The notes: generated by a model from the letters alone, not told the origin. Counted from the first letter of the stretch, positions 39,411 through 53,988 are shown. The stretch: 64,000 bases of DNA from Eledone cirrhosa (GCA_964016885.1 OZ024740.1:126666001-126730000), one strand, 5' to 3'. A program made the numbers and translations.

Positions 39411-42400
39411 GGCGACCTACGTAGTAAATCGTGATCTCCGCAAAGGTTTGTTGTTTTCGTTTGTTAAAAATTGCCATTTATGGAAAATTTTATTGTTAAC
39501 TGTTTATAAGCGCACATACATTGTTTTCCGAAAAGGACACTCAAAAAGATTGGGGCCTTGTGCCCAAAATTTAAACATTTATAATTATCAAAAAAAAATT
39601 CTTTGAAAAAAAAACATGGAAGTCCCACAGCCACACGAAGCTGAGAGCCTTCCTCACAAACTAACACCTCACACCGACACCACCATTGTAAATATTACTA
39701 CGTTTGCCAACACAAAAAATTTAAGCAGTAGCAATATTTTAAATTTGTCTCAGGCAGACATTCATTTCCCGCCATTACCAATGACTGCAGGTGTTAAAGC
39801 CGCCACCATGACCACCACCGCGACAACCACCACCCCCACCACCACCGCGACAAGAGAAACAAAAGGAAAAAATAAATCAACTCGTGATGTCGAAATATTT
39901 TCAACCAAAATGGACTCTTCCACACCGAACACCACTGACGTCACGACCACCACAACTGAAACTAAAATTAATAATAACAAAAATAACGATAACAACAACA
40001 GCAACAATGACATTAAAAAAACCACCCTGAGTTTTGCCAGAGTAGGAAAACAGTGCGAAGCATTTACGGTAACTCATGAGGAATTAGAAAATGCCAAAAA
40101 AATGGTAAAGAAAGATAGGTACAGGGTCAGCCCCCCCCCCCCCCCCCCCCCCCCCCAGCAACACCTAATAAAATGGAGCATCGCGCCTATGCACAGTGTC
40201 GCATCGAACAATTAATGTAAAATTGCGCCGAGTTGAACGGGCATCCGAGTCCCAAATCCAAAAAGCTTTGGGACATGTGTGGGCAAGAAAAACCTACATC
40301 AGACGTGGGCAGAAGTATGGCACCGTGCACGTGTTCTTTGAAACAACAGACGAGGCTAGAGAACACTCCATGGCCCCATTAAGAAGTGACGACTTCACAC
40401 TCGTCCCAAGCTATTGTGGCCAGAGACTCGTAAAGATCAGGGGGACCCACGTTCCACCGGCCATCGAAATTCCCTGGCTAATAGCGGCCGTCCTCGCCGG
40501 CATCGAAGATAACACCAAGATAATACCAATAGCAAAAGAAAAGCAGGAGAACTGGTCCGGTTCTGGGATGGAGCTCCTGATCCAAGCGGACCAAAAAAGC
40601 ATTGAGGAGATCCCAGAGGTAATAGACCTCACTGACGGCAGCCACCTCACCGTAATTGTCGAGGGCAGAAGGCCTAGGTGTGTCGTTTGTGGTGAAGGAA
40701 CCCACCTAAGGGCTTCTGCCCTCAGGCTAAAAGGTTGAGGCCACCTCGTCTACCCACCCCAGTGACTCAACCATCAAGACCACCAGTAGCAGAGATGGCA
40801 GCAACAACTGTAGCAGCAACAACAGAAGCAACTATAACAGCAACAACCCCAGCAACACTAGCAAAACCAACACCACCACCACCAGCAAAACCAACACCAC
40901 CACCACCCAACGCTTCAGAACTAGCACCAGCGCCTACACCATCAACAACGCCACAACCATAACTAACGCCTGTGGAGGATTTTCCACTCTCTGGCCTATC
41001 ACAACTGGAGTCAGATTGTGACGACGAGGAGTGGGAAACGGTATCAGGAAAAAAGAAAAAAAGAAACCAAAAAAGAAAAATTCTCTTCCTTCCCCCTCCA
41101 AAAAGAAAATACAGAGGGAAACAAATGAATTAACAAAAAAAAAAAGGTAGGAGAGATATGCCACCATCCACACCAGCATCACCAACCCCATCACCCCAAA
41201 AACCAACACCATCACCTACACCACAAATGTCACCAAAATGCGAAACAGAAACAAACCCACAACAAACGCAAACAAAACAAAACAACCAAAACGATACACA
41301 CTACACAGCATTACATTTGAACAACAACCAATTATTACACTACATCCAACACAACACCAGCATCACAGAAAAATACTACACAACAACCCAAAAATTCACA
41401 CCACCTCCACACATACAAATCACTCGCATCACACAGAAAACGTACATGACACTAAAACAAAAATTCCCCAAAGACATTGGAGACTTCCGACAAGCACTCT
41501 CCAGGAGGATTTATAAGGACATCCTTCCTGAGGAGGCCACAAGCAGTGAAAAGGATGGAAAAACCGTCCTTCCTCTAACGAAGTAAGGTAAGTGGTCTTT
41601 CCCATCTTTTCCACTCCATTTCAACATGACCTCACTCAGAATAGGCAGCATAAATGCGCGTGGCTTAGGGTCGTCATGGAAGCAGGGCCACCTGCTCAAC
41701 GACTTCAGGTCACTAAACATAGATGTAGTGGCCATCAGCGAGACCAGAATCAACGAAGCACGGGCCTTCGCACCGATCTTCGGCGGCTACGATGTGTACG
41801 CAATCTCCCAGCGGTCCGGGATCGGCAAATGTGTGAAGCTTTTCAGCGACACTTTGCTCAACTGTTCGGGGGCAGCCGCGGGCCGGATCGAGGGATGGAC
41901 TTTAGTGTTTACCTCGACGGACTGCCGCGGCTCCCGGCCACTGAGGCGGAGTGTTGCAAAAGTCGATAACAGCCACTGAAGTACGGGAGGCAATGACTGG
42001 CTGCACAAGGGGTAAATCGCCTGTTTGGATGGTCTGCCCCATGAACTTTACGTACTAACCCAGACTTGTTCGGAGGCCTCTTGGCGGACGTCTACTGCAA
42101 CTGGCAACAGAACGGGAGAATTCCCAGCTCTGTGAGCCGACGAGCGGTGGCGCTGATCAGAAAGGATCCGAACAAGAGGGATATCATAGATAATTTTAGG
42201 CCCATAACTCTGCTAAACACAGAGTTCAAGATTTTGGCCAAGGTGCTAGCAAATAGGTTGGCGCTTGTCGTTGGTGGTCTGGGGGGAGAGGCGCAGACAT
42301 GCGCCATTCCCGACAGATCCATCCACGACAACCTCCACCTCATGCGATACATCGTAGAGAGGGTAGCTAGGGAACCTGGCACGGGCAATGTGATCGATGG

Positions 42401-43280
42401 AAACTCCACCTTGGCGTTCTATAGAGGATTAGTGGAGGGAAAGAGCGACGACGTACTTGGAGAAACTCTATGCGTCGACAAAAATCAACTAGCCAATCTC
42501 TTCGGACTGACTTTCAGGCCGGGGCCTATGGACAACTTCCAGAAATCCCTGGCCTGGCAATGCTACCGGGGAGCTTTGCCAATTCGGGATAAACTCTACA
42601 GGCATGGAGGTGCCGTCACCCGGGCAGGTCCGAGATGCGCACAGGGCGACGAAACCGTCCTGCACGCACTCGTCCAGTGTCCGACCATTGATGACTTGTG
42701 GGTTTATATTGAACACCTGCTGTCACGTGTAGGACGGATCCGGCTATCAGCTGAGTCCATCGTGAGGATTGCCCCACCCTCTTCCTTTAGCCGGGAAGAG
42801 CAGGCAGTTTTTGTATCTGTCTGGTGGTCATGGCGAAAGAGATAGTATGGTGGACACATTTGAAAGGGCTGAAGACGAGCACTTACCTCTTCGGTGATGC
42901 CCTGATTAACTTTTTCAAATTTCATTTGAAAAGGAAAATCAGGGTAGAGAGGGAAGTGCTCTCTTCCCAGCATTTTGTTGAAAGATGGGTGAGAGAAGCA
43001 CGTATGGCCCGAGTGAATGGGCCTACTCTGAGTATGTGTCTGTAAATTAAAGGTGGAAAACTGGGAGAGGGCACTAGCCCTGGTGGTCAGGGTCACTGTG
43101 GTCTTTTAATGGGCTTTCTCCACAAATGTCCCTCGGAAGTCTCCCCCCTATTGGGGAATCTTTCTTTGTTATTTTATTACATCCTCTGTTTTTTTTACAC
43201 GCAGAAATGCCCATTTGTACCGTCCTGTATTGTCCTTAATGTCTACTTTATGTAAACCCTTGTGGTTAATAAAGAAAACC
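39411..43280 (+). mobile_element. Tx1 family A, copy 2 (both ends present, two ~1-kb internal deletions in ORF2)
   Basis: Same 5' end GGCGACCTACG as 26791; jumps at ~41826 and ~42385 relative to copy 1; (ATT)n on both sides. Confidence 0.93.
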
Positions 43281-43327
43281 TTATTATTATTGTTATTATT
43301 ATTATTATTATTATTATCATTATTATT

Positions 43328-43507
43328 GAATTGGCACTATCGGTAGAGGGTCGGACGCCATGCTTTAGCGCAGAGAGTTATGGCCCTTGCCATTCTGAGT
43401 TCAAATCCCGCCGACGTAAACTCCGCCTTTCATCCCTACGGGTTCGATACAATAAAGTACCAGTAATGCACTGGTTTAATGTTGGCCATGTGCTAAAAGT
43501 AGAAACA
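43328..43507 (+). mobile_element. SINE with Pol III box motifs, (ATT)n-flanked
   Basis: TGGC..TCGG A-box-like and GAGTTCAAATC B-box; homologous to the copies at 44017 and 48022. Confidence 0.8.
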
Positions 43508-43527
43508 ATTATTATTTTAGATGAAGA

Positions 43528-43991
43528 TGTTGTCACCAATGTGGTAGAGAATAGTATATTTAGAGTTAGGTAGGGTTGCCACGAGGAACCAGATTTGGTA
43601 GAGAGATATGATAGGAATATCGACAACGACTTAAGCTTGTTTTTACATTATTTATTAACAATTGGTTAATAAGTGAATTAAGTTGGCATGCCAAGAGAAA
43701 TGAAATAGTTCAATTAAGATTACAAGAGAAAATACGGTCGACTGGCTGAGGCGTTTGGCCAGGCCGTAGTGATATTTGTTGCTACATATTGTCTATGCTT
43801 GAGGAACGAAATCAAGAGATGTTTACCTTCACGGTGTTGAGCTGCAAGTCATAGCGTCCTCAAATCTTTGCGGGCTATTTCTCCCTCAGAACGCGTAGGG
43901 ATACATCTTCTTCTACTGGCGCTGATTGGCTGAGCTGAGCCAAATCACGCACAGAGAATGTATGTGAGCCCGCGGAATGTGGGTCACTACA
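43528..43991 (-). mobile_element. Possible solo LTR
   Basis: TG...CA ends with imperfect inverted termini (TGTTGTCACC / GGTCACTACA); CCAAT and AATAAA on the minus strand; no clear TSD. Confidence 0.4.
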
Positions 43992-44016
43992 TTATCATTA
44001 TTATGTTTATTATTAG

Positions 44017-44202
44017 GGCGGTGCATTGGCAGTATCGGTAGGGGGTCGGACGCCATGCTTTGCAACAAAGAGTTTCGGCCCTTTATGTTCTGAGTTCAAA
44101 TCTCACTGAGGATAACGTTGCCTTTCCTCCTTACGGGGTCGATAAAATAAAGTACCTGTAATACAAGTGATAATTGCTGGTCTTGTGCCAAAAGTAGAAA
44201 CA
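44017..44202 (+). mobile_element. SINE, same family as 43328
   Basis: GGCGGTGCATTGGCAGTATCGGTAG...GAGTTCAAAT...GGGGTCGATAAAATAAAGTACC...GTAGAAACAATTATTATT. Confidence 0.82.
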
Positions 44203-44427
44203 ATTATTATTTATTTCTTTATAAAACAAATAATGTTTGTTTCTTTAATATGAGCAAGTGTTCATCCAGTATTTCTAATTGTTTAAAAGATGAGTAACAC
44301 CTTGCCTTCGTATTTATGAATATGTATATGGACGCAATAACATAAAATTACGTGTTCATGCACGTGCATGTGAGAGTTTATTTGTGCCCGTGTATGTGTG
44401 TGTGTGTGTGTGTGTGTCTGTGGGTGT

Positions 44428-44513
<86 letters not shown>

Positions 44514-44944
44514 TTATGGCAGTAAGAGAATGGTGGAACGTGTTTGCTGGCATGTGTTTATATTCGCTGCTTTACTATGTAATTGAATCTGAAACATACG
44601 AATGTGTTTTCTCTCGGATTTTGTCTTGCATTGTTATGTTCATACATAGAACTGTCAATGTTTATGAGTATGCATCAAATCCCGTTGTCAGCATACAAAA
44701 AAGGACCATGTTCACTTTGTCTACTTTTTGCTTCATTCTATAAAGTCAGAAGTACCATCGATTCGCTTATGTTCGCACATGTTAAATCATTTCTATTGAA
44801 ATGTACTATCAACATGATATTATGTTTTAGAATAGTAGATATATTCTACCCATGATATTTTATAATTTGTAATAACTATATGGGAAATATAATTCACTAA
44901 CTCTTTCCCTCTCGATTTTATGTCATCAGTCTAAAGAGAGCCTA

Positions 44945-45225
44945 AAGTCTGTCTTGAGCCCGGGGGCTTATCTGGTTGGTGCTTATCCCAGTTAACAGCG
45001 CGTTAATCGATTGCGAGTAAAAAATTCCCCCTTTGATGGGAAACCAGTCCATAACAGGATTAACCAACCCACCATAGCTACTGCTGATTCTTACTCATTT
45101 TCTGCTGAGTATCCTGTAGCAATATGAAAGGAAATATTTTGCTCTAGAACACAATCCAGTGCAGCTATCAAACCGACAAGATTATGATCGTCAAACCAAC
45201 ACCCTTACCACTAGGTCACGTGAGC
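44945..45225 (-). mobile_element. Old SINE-like repeat
   Basis: Degenerate similarity (reverse strand) to the TGTCCTTGAG...ACTCAGCTG..AAATGAGT core of the SINE at 46981. Confidence 0.4.
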
Positions 45226-46154
45226 CACGTATCTCATTAATCGGTACGGAAAAGTAAGCCCTGTAATAGATTGCTGTAGTGGTCTGTCACGAGATAGTTT
45301 GTACAATTCAGAAGAGCGTTTCACTACTTTATTGTTTCCGGTTCGAATCCGGTGGGGAAGCTGGTCAGAGTGGCAATTTCTGCACGTGGGTGATGGAATA
45401 CCACCTACCAGTTCAGCAAATGGTCCTGGATTTAGTTTTCTTTACCAGAGTTCTCTCGTTTGCAAGCAGTCGAGGCGAGTTCTAGTTCGACGTCCTCCTT
45501 TTAATCAGTAACCAGTCATACATTCCCTGACTGGAGCAAAAATAACACATTGTTGGGGTACACGCCGCCACATATACATATATACTCACACTCATTCACT
45601 CACTCACACACACACACACACACACACATCTATATATATCAATACAATACACTTTGAGCAAATAAACTACACACAGACACATGTATTCATGTAGTGAGAG
45701 TGAGAGTGTGAATATTAGAAACATAGCAACAGACCTTAGCCAATAAATAAGACACTTTTTTCTCATATGAGTTCCTTTCTTTGGTACACCGACGTAATAT
45801 TTCTTTATATATGTACATATAATGTTCAAATTATGTACACGTATTTTTATTACATTCCAGGTCGAATAGACACGCTGATGGTACTGAGCATTTGTATCCA
45901 ACAGTGCATCTCGTATCAGAAAGGAATCTTAGTTATTGGTCCATGCATTGATTGTCGTCGTCAGTCTGTTGTTTATTATCCTCTTTTATACACCCTCTCT
46001 CTCTCATATAAATACATGAGTGTGTGTTAAAGTGTAGTTGTGATATTGAACACGGAGTATTGTCTTCATTTATTGCTTTAGTTGAGTTAATGATTATTTC
46101 AGGTAGTTTGTTCTAACCTATATTTCTATATTTTTATTGTTTACGCCCTCTTGT

Positions 46155-46233
<79 letters not shown>

Positions 46234-46277
46234 CTACACATACGCACATACGCGCACACACACACTCATATATATAT

Positions 46278-46349
<72 letters not shown>

Positions 46350-46350
46350 C

Positions 46351-46418
<68 letters not shown>

Positions 46419-46980
46419 TAGATATATATATATATATATATACAATTCCGGAGCACAAAAAAATACAGTGATGAAATATTATTTTAATGCTTATAGACAA
46501 AGAGAAATAAAGAAAAGCGAGTGGAGGTAGAGAAAGAGGAAGAATGAATAGGGTTTAGAGATAAAAGATAAAGAGTGTTAGTGTGTGAACAATATATATA
46601 TGGGAGAGAGATTAATATTACAGCTAAGGCAAGCAAAGTAGAGTAGAGGAGAGAATGAGTTATTTCATCGGAAACAGAAAAGCGTAAAAGAAATAACGTA
46701 CACCATTGAATTAATAGGAATATGTGTGAAATGATTATAGATTGAAGAGTTCGCTAAAGATAAATTGTGATCCACAGGTTTCTTTTACCACTGTGTGTTT
46801 ATCTGAGCCAATTGTTTTTCTCTTTTGAAACATCAAAATGCTTCATCTTTGATAGACACACATCTTAGACAACGAACACTTTGTCGTGCACACTCATAAC
46901 GTATACACACATAAAGATTATCTGATATGTATCTCTGGGCTTGCGCGCATACGTGCATGGTTATATATATATACAATAAA

Positions 46981-47290
46981 GCGTATGGATTAACGGTTAG
47001 ATCATCAGGCATACAATCGGGAGATTACGAGTTCGATTCTCCGGCCGCCTGATGCGTCGTGTCCTTGAGTATAGCACTTTATTTCACTTTGCTCCAATTT
47101 ACTCAGCTGTAGAAATGAGTTGCAACGTCACATGTGACAACTGTATCGGCCCTTGCCTTTCCGTTGAAAAAGAATGGGTGGTGTGGAGAGAAGAGTCCGG
47201 TATGCATCGGCGACTGCTGATCTTCTATAAACAACCTTCCCAGACTTGTGTCTCGGAGGGTAATTTCTAGACACAAATCCGATAGTCATA
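46981..47290 (+). mobile_element. tRNA-derived SINE
   Basis: A-box-like TGGATTAACGG, B-box GAGTTCGATTC, then central TGTCCTTGAG..GCACTTT domain. Confidence 0.7.
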
Positions 47291-47636
47291 TTGGTGTAGA
47301 TACCTTATAGAATTACTGGCGGTGAAACCAAGACAAGCATGCTATGCACATACAAAATGTATATAATGAAAAGAACGATGATGTTATTTTTTACATGTAT
47401 TCATATTTTTAATGCTTATCGACCTGTTACGTGAGTATCACAGAGGAGTGGCTCGTGGTCACCCATAGAATCATGCGCCAGACTCCATTATCGATATGCT
47501 CGTTAGACTGGTGATGCGACAAAAATATGTTTGTTGTAATTTGTGACATGGTAGGTGCATGTATAAGCATCGGTCCCATTTTCTTATTTGTTGACGTATG
47601 TGATTGTTAGAGTGCAATAGTCAGGGAAACTTTTCT

Positions 47637-47684
<48 letters not shown>

Positions 47685-48021
47685 ACATGTATATTCATAT
47701 GTGTGTGTGTGTTTGCGTGCGTACGTGTAACGATTCTCGCTATGATAAACCGGTATAAGTTCATCGCATCAGTAGTGACAATTCAGGGTTTCTGACTACG
47801 TGCAACAAGTAAATAAAAAATGAATAAATAAGATGACGAATGATGTGTTCATACAGAGCATGATAATGAAGATAAAAAATAATAATAAGTATATATATAT
47901 ATATATGCGTACAGTCGCATACTGGTACAGATCGACACGCTCACGCAAATGCATGTACACATACGGACGTACGGATAAATGATTATAAATTTGCATATAT
48001 ATTATTATTATTTTATATATC

Positions 48022-48205
48022 GGCGGTGGATTGGCAGTATCGGTAGACGGTTGGACGCCATGCTTTCTAGCATAGTTACGTCCCTTTACAGTCTGAGTTC
48101 AAATTCCGCCGAGGTTAACTTTGACTTTCATCCTTACGGGGTCGATAAAATAAAGTACCAATAATGTACTGGGTAATTGCTGGCCTTGTGCCTAAAGTAG
48201 AAACA
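48022..48205 (+). mobile_element. SINE, same family as 43328/44017
   Basis: Sequence homology; ATT-rich flanks. Confidence 0.82.
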
Positions 48206-49311
48206 ATTATTATTTTATATATAGACTCACACACACCTGTTCACACACATACACGCATGTAAACACACACACACGCCCTGACGCACACACATATATATAC
48301 ACATAGACAGAAATCGCGTACGTGTAAATAGCCGCTCCACTGTTCACACCTACAGACATCCCTAGCCAGATAAACACACGCCCACACAGCCTTGCAGTTG
48401 CTCATTTACTCGCGTGTACATGTGCATGCGGGGATGTGTGCACTGATGTGCGAACATCCGTATGCATTCGAATATGTGTATACAATTGCATACAAACACG
48501 TTCACACTCATAAACATTTGCATACACTCGTGTGTATGAAGGTCTATTCATGAATACAAACATAAATTGGTGTAGTTAGGTGCACATACAAAAGAATATA
48601 CACATACACAGTCACAGACACCTCATCACACACAGACGTATACTGGCAATTGATTTGAATCACAATGCATAATTGTTTATTGTTTTTCCCACACTTCATC
48701 TCATTATATATATTTCACATTTCTATATATTATTGTTTTAATGTTTGTATGTGGATTGTTTAATTAAATGTATCAGTGAATCTTTGGTGGTTATGTTACG
48801 CACAGTACAAACAATGATTATTCATATGATATATAAAACTACGAATACTCTAATCTTCACGTTTCTGATACTCTTGGATTATATTGCAGAATAAATTACA
48901 ATAAATTGTTGTAATGGAATGCCTTCATTTAACTGTCTTTTACTCAGTGCGTTGCCAGTTGAAAGAACATATAAAATTTCGTAATTTAGCTGTAATAATT
49001 TCCCACGTTTACATATTAACGGGTATATATTTTCTACGCTCAGCTTTATAACGAGATCTCGTTTACACATTAACTCTGCAGCTGATGAATTGGGCCGAAG
49101 CATTGCACTGACATTCCCTATCAACGTGTGAAGTTCCCAATCAGTATATCTCCAGTGCCTTGAAACCTGCGGTAGCGACAATACATGATACGCGCATGAT
49201 CATAATAAATAAGCTCTCTGGTACAATTTAAAGTGATCTCTTCCTTTTCCTTCCCACGGTCATTTTTTTTACATTCACACATGCGAGTGCATGTGGAGAA
49301 AGTTGGTGTGT

Positions 49312-49392
<81 letters not shown>

Positions 49393-49693
49393 ACGGTTGA
49401 AAAGAGCACTGACATAAATGAGACTATTTCAGATTTGGGTTATTTACCACAACCCCAAACTTTTATCTATCTCACATTTCTTGTATTTTAGATAAAACTA
49501 TTTTAGGAACATTTTGTGTACTTCTTACACCCGTTTGACAGACGGACTAACGAACCTAATACAATGTTTACAATTTCGATTGCGTTGTAATTACAAACAT
49601 TTATCTGTTTTCAATGGAGATTTGATTCACATCGTTCTCGTTTGTTTCAACTGAAGATTGTCAGGAGTCACTTCTTAATTATACATATATATA

Positions 49694-49729
<36 letters not shown>

Positions 49730-49898
49730 AATGCGTTTGTGTGTATACATGTATATATACATGTATAGCTCTATTTCACGTCATCAATATGGCCCTTTGC
49801 TGCCAATCTCCTAATTATACATCTCTTGCTGTCGTTTAGTCTTACGACTAAAGTTCCAATTAATTTGTTTCTTTCGGATTCTATTTCCACCCGGTTGA

Positions 49899-49976
49899 TT
49901 TTTTGGGAACATCGATTCTTTTTTTTTCTACGTTCATTTTTTGGGAACATCGATTCTTTTTTTTTCTACGTTCATT
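49899..49976. repeat. ~39-bp direct tandem duplication
   Basis: TTTTTGGGAACATCGATTC(T)nCTACGTTCATT occurs twice. Confidence 0.9.
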
Positions 49977-50869
49977 CGCAAGCATTCTAAGTTGTTCGTA
50001 TACGTTTCCCCTTTATTTGTATATTTAATTGAAAAGACAGACGCTCCTATCTTACGATATGTTGAAGTATTACAATTTAGTATGAGCTGGGCGGATGATC
50101 GTAACTTCAAAATAACTGAATTTTTAGTCGTCTCGAGTTGATAGCCGAGGTAAAGTAATATGTCCAGGTCTTTTCACTTCTATCTAAAAATACACTACTT
50201 GTAACCCTTCGGACTTTTCTTTTTCATTTCCCCTCTCTTTTTATTCCTTTATCACTATCTCTCACCTCCCTACTTTCTGTAACTTTTTAATATATTTATA
50301 TCCCTTCTAAATACTCTTGTTCACAGCACTTGCACGTTACTCTATCTAATAGTGCTGTTAACCTCTAAAATATCCACCCGTGATGCTGTTTCCACGCATA
50401 AATAATCTCAGAATTTATTTTGACGCAAGATTTCTGCATCTCGGTTTCAGGAATTGCCACAACATGATTCCTCACACACATTTGGAAACACAACTCTTTA
50501 GTCCTGACAAGGATTTACATTCCCCTCTTCATATGCTGCAGTTGTGAACAATACTTTCAATTTGGTTCGGTTTTGTTTTGGTGAGTTTTCAAATGACATT
50601 AGCATCTACCGACCGAAGCACATTATTCTCCACACATCCGGCAGGAAGAATTATCAAAAGTTAATATTTTAACTTCTAAGACTAGCTTTACTAGGGAATA
50701 TTTGGCCACACTTATTGCTCATAAAGTCATTTTTATCATCTGAAATTTCAGTTAAGGTAATATAGTGTAGGCTCTTACATAGACCCCTCTTTCCACACGA
50801 TATTCTTCAAATCTTTTTTTTCCATTAAATGCTTTTTTCTTCCAAGGTTATCGATCGAAGGCAATGTCT

Positions 50870-51700
50870 TCTCAGCTATCATCTCTTGTTTGTTACTTTA
50901 TGAAAGCTCTTTTGATGTACCCTTTACATCTGGGTTTTGCCTATGACTAACTCCGTGACTTAGCAGTAAGATGATCGGTTATTCTTACAGCATGTCCGCT
51001 CCAGCGCAAAACCATATTGGATTACGAGTGGTTCAATATTTTCAAAAGGACTTAATTTCAGCACTTCCACATCACCTATATGTGATTGTCAACAGATAAC
51101 GAGTATTCGGCAAAGACACCGTTGATGATAACGTTCAAGCATCTATATATCTCGCTGGTATGTGAACTAAGCTTCACATGCATACAATAATAAAGACGAT
51201 ACACATGTTCGTAACAACTTTAATTTTGTATCAAGGTAAAATCCACGTCGACACCAGTGGCCATCTAACTTACCAGTAGTATCCCTGGCTTTCTTTAGAC
51301 GTAACGAGATGTCATCATCAATGGTCTTTGTCATGTTAACTGCGCTGCCTAAATTCACATATTTATCTACAACCTTCACTGTTTCGCTATATACATAAAT
51401 GCGAAGGTCAGTGAAATCCTTGCCCGGAGCCGGTTGATATATGGCAAGTGTTTTGGCCATACTCATTGCCTGACCTTGTGCGCTATATGCCTACGAAAAG
51501 GAATCTAGCACATGCCGTCTGTAAATCTCAGGGTGAGCAACAAATCCCAATCATCGGCATAAAAAACATCATGTATTAAAGAGGCGAACACCTTTGTTTT
51601 GCAGCAAACTGTCTGATTGTAAACAACTTACCTGTCGAACGACACTTGAATGTATAACTAAGGTCAACACGAGCACTTTTATATAGATCAATACATCAAG
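50870..51700 (-). mobile_element. Decayed RTE-clade LINE
   Basis: FYADD remnant near 51555; YQPAPG, VDKYVNLGS, LLYACEA. Confidence 0.75.
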
Positions 51701-51751
51701 TCGTGCATAGAAAATCAGTAATCTTACTTTATGGACAAACCATGTATATTT

Positions 51752-52810
51752 ATCTTCTTTTCTTCTTCTTTGCCTAATTAATCTTGAGAGGGTCGTGAAT
51801 GCAGAGTCCTCAAACGTTCCCTCCAGCGGGTCATGTCAGAAGCAACCATTTCCAACTGATCCGACTGCATCCTCAAGCATGACCAGCAAATGTCATGGAT
51901 GTTATCCTGACATATTGCTTAGGGTCTAGCACTGGGTTTCCTGTCGGTTGGTTTTGCCCTTAAAATCTCTCCAGCGATTCTTTCCTGAGACATTCTAACT
52001 ACATGCCCTTAGTATCGGCGTTCTTATGCCTCAGTTCTAAGACATAACGTCTCTACCTTGAGTGATACGCCCTTTATCGAGTAACGTTACTCCAAAGACA
52101 CTTTAGAGAAATCACATTTCGGCCGCTTGAATTCGTGATCGTATTCTTTCGGTCATTACCCAAGATTCGTGGGCATAGAGAATGCTTGGCATGAAAGCCG
52201 AATTGAAGATAACGAGTTTGGCTTTTATGCCTACGTCCCATCTGATTACTGAATGCTGAAGCTGGCGCATAATGCACCAGCTTTTGTAATTCTCGCACTT
52301 AATTCATCTACCTGCTTTCCATCACTCGTGAAGATCGTCCCGAGATACCTGAACATTTCTACCTGCTTCAGTGGAAGAGCATTCACATGTAGCATGGATT
52401 GTGCGGGCTTCCTTGAGAGGACAAGTGTCTCGGGTTTCGCAGCACTGATTTTAATTCCAGCCATGCACCACCCGGCATCACACCTATCAAGTACAAGTGG
52501 AATATCAACTTCTGTCGAGTTCAGTAACACCATGTCGTCTGCAAATTCCCACCAACTAATTTTACACCTCCCAGTCATGATACCACTTCCAGCCCAGCTG
52601 CGCATGTCAACCTTGTTCATGTAAATAATGAACATGAAAGGTGACAGTACGGACTATTGGAAATCCAACACCCATATTGAATGGTTTCGATTTAACACCA
52701 TTTATCCGAACACAAATCTCCGGCATTCGCATAGAGACAACTGTGTAGAAAGAAAGTGACCATCAATCCCATACTATTGAACAACCTTCCACAGCAGACA
52801 GAGGGAATGT
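51752..52810 (-). mobile_element. Decayed RTE-clade LINE (second family) with 3' end
   Basis: LSPFMFIIYM, FADDMVLL, FRYLGTIFTSDG; (GAA)n-type tail near 51755. Confidence 0.8.
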
Positions 52811-53662
52811 TTTGCTGATCTCCTAAACCTGATCACAACAGTATCTTCGGATGTACACGAGGCGTACATGAGAGCAATGACTCCCTGAGGCTTAGGTCTC
52901 AAGGGCAGTTAAAGAGCTCTGAATAGCAGCCATTGATTGGTTTACGGAGATGGCACCTGGCCATGTAATCGAAACATTCTGCCACACTTTAAATGTTGGG
53001 TTTTCTTAACCAAATCGAGCATCACCATGTTTCCTGATTACTCTCCTGGTTGAGTTCTATAACATGTTATGATAAAAGGGCAATATTCGTGTTATATTTC
53101 GCATTCCTTCGCTAGGTGCTTAACGTGAATCTGAATGGCCGAGACTCATAAACGTAAATTTCCTAATACATATATAAATGTCTGATTTTGTCACTACACT
53201 AATCACACTAAACCTCTCTCATTACGTATGTTGTCTGTGTGAATGTATGTCTGTGTAACACGAAGGCAGGGTGGTGAAAAAACCATAGCAAAATAGTGTG
53301 TGGCGTTACATTTGTTATGATGTGTATGTGTTTATGCATTTGTGTGAATGCATGTGTGAGTGTGTATTTTTGTAAGTGCGTCTGTGTTTGCACATTTATA
53401 TTTATATACTCATACCTGTAAATGTATGCATATCCACATACACACATGCATCAGCGTGTTGAGACAAATTTTGGTGAACAAAAGGACAAAATATAAATTT
53501 ACCACCCTGCAAATAATTTTCACCGCAACAATGATAGTATTCTTACACGGAACCAAAGATTTCACAGTCTGTGAAGTAATGTTTATGCTTATATAAAAAT
53601 TATTTATCTTCAGATATATTGTACATCATATCATTCCACTCACATAACTAAATACAGATAAT

Positions 53663-53755
<93 letters not shown>

Positions 53756-53920
53756 ACATATATATATATATATATATACATATGTGTGTGTGTGTTTATG
53801 TGTACGTGTGCGTGTGCTTGTGTGTGTGTATGTATGTATGTACATATTCATGCTGCTAACTTTTGGAATATAGACGCTCAATCCAATCTGCTGTGACCAG
53901 CAGGCCTAATATTATATATG

Positions 53921-53988
<68 letters not shown>

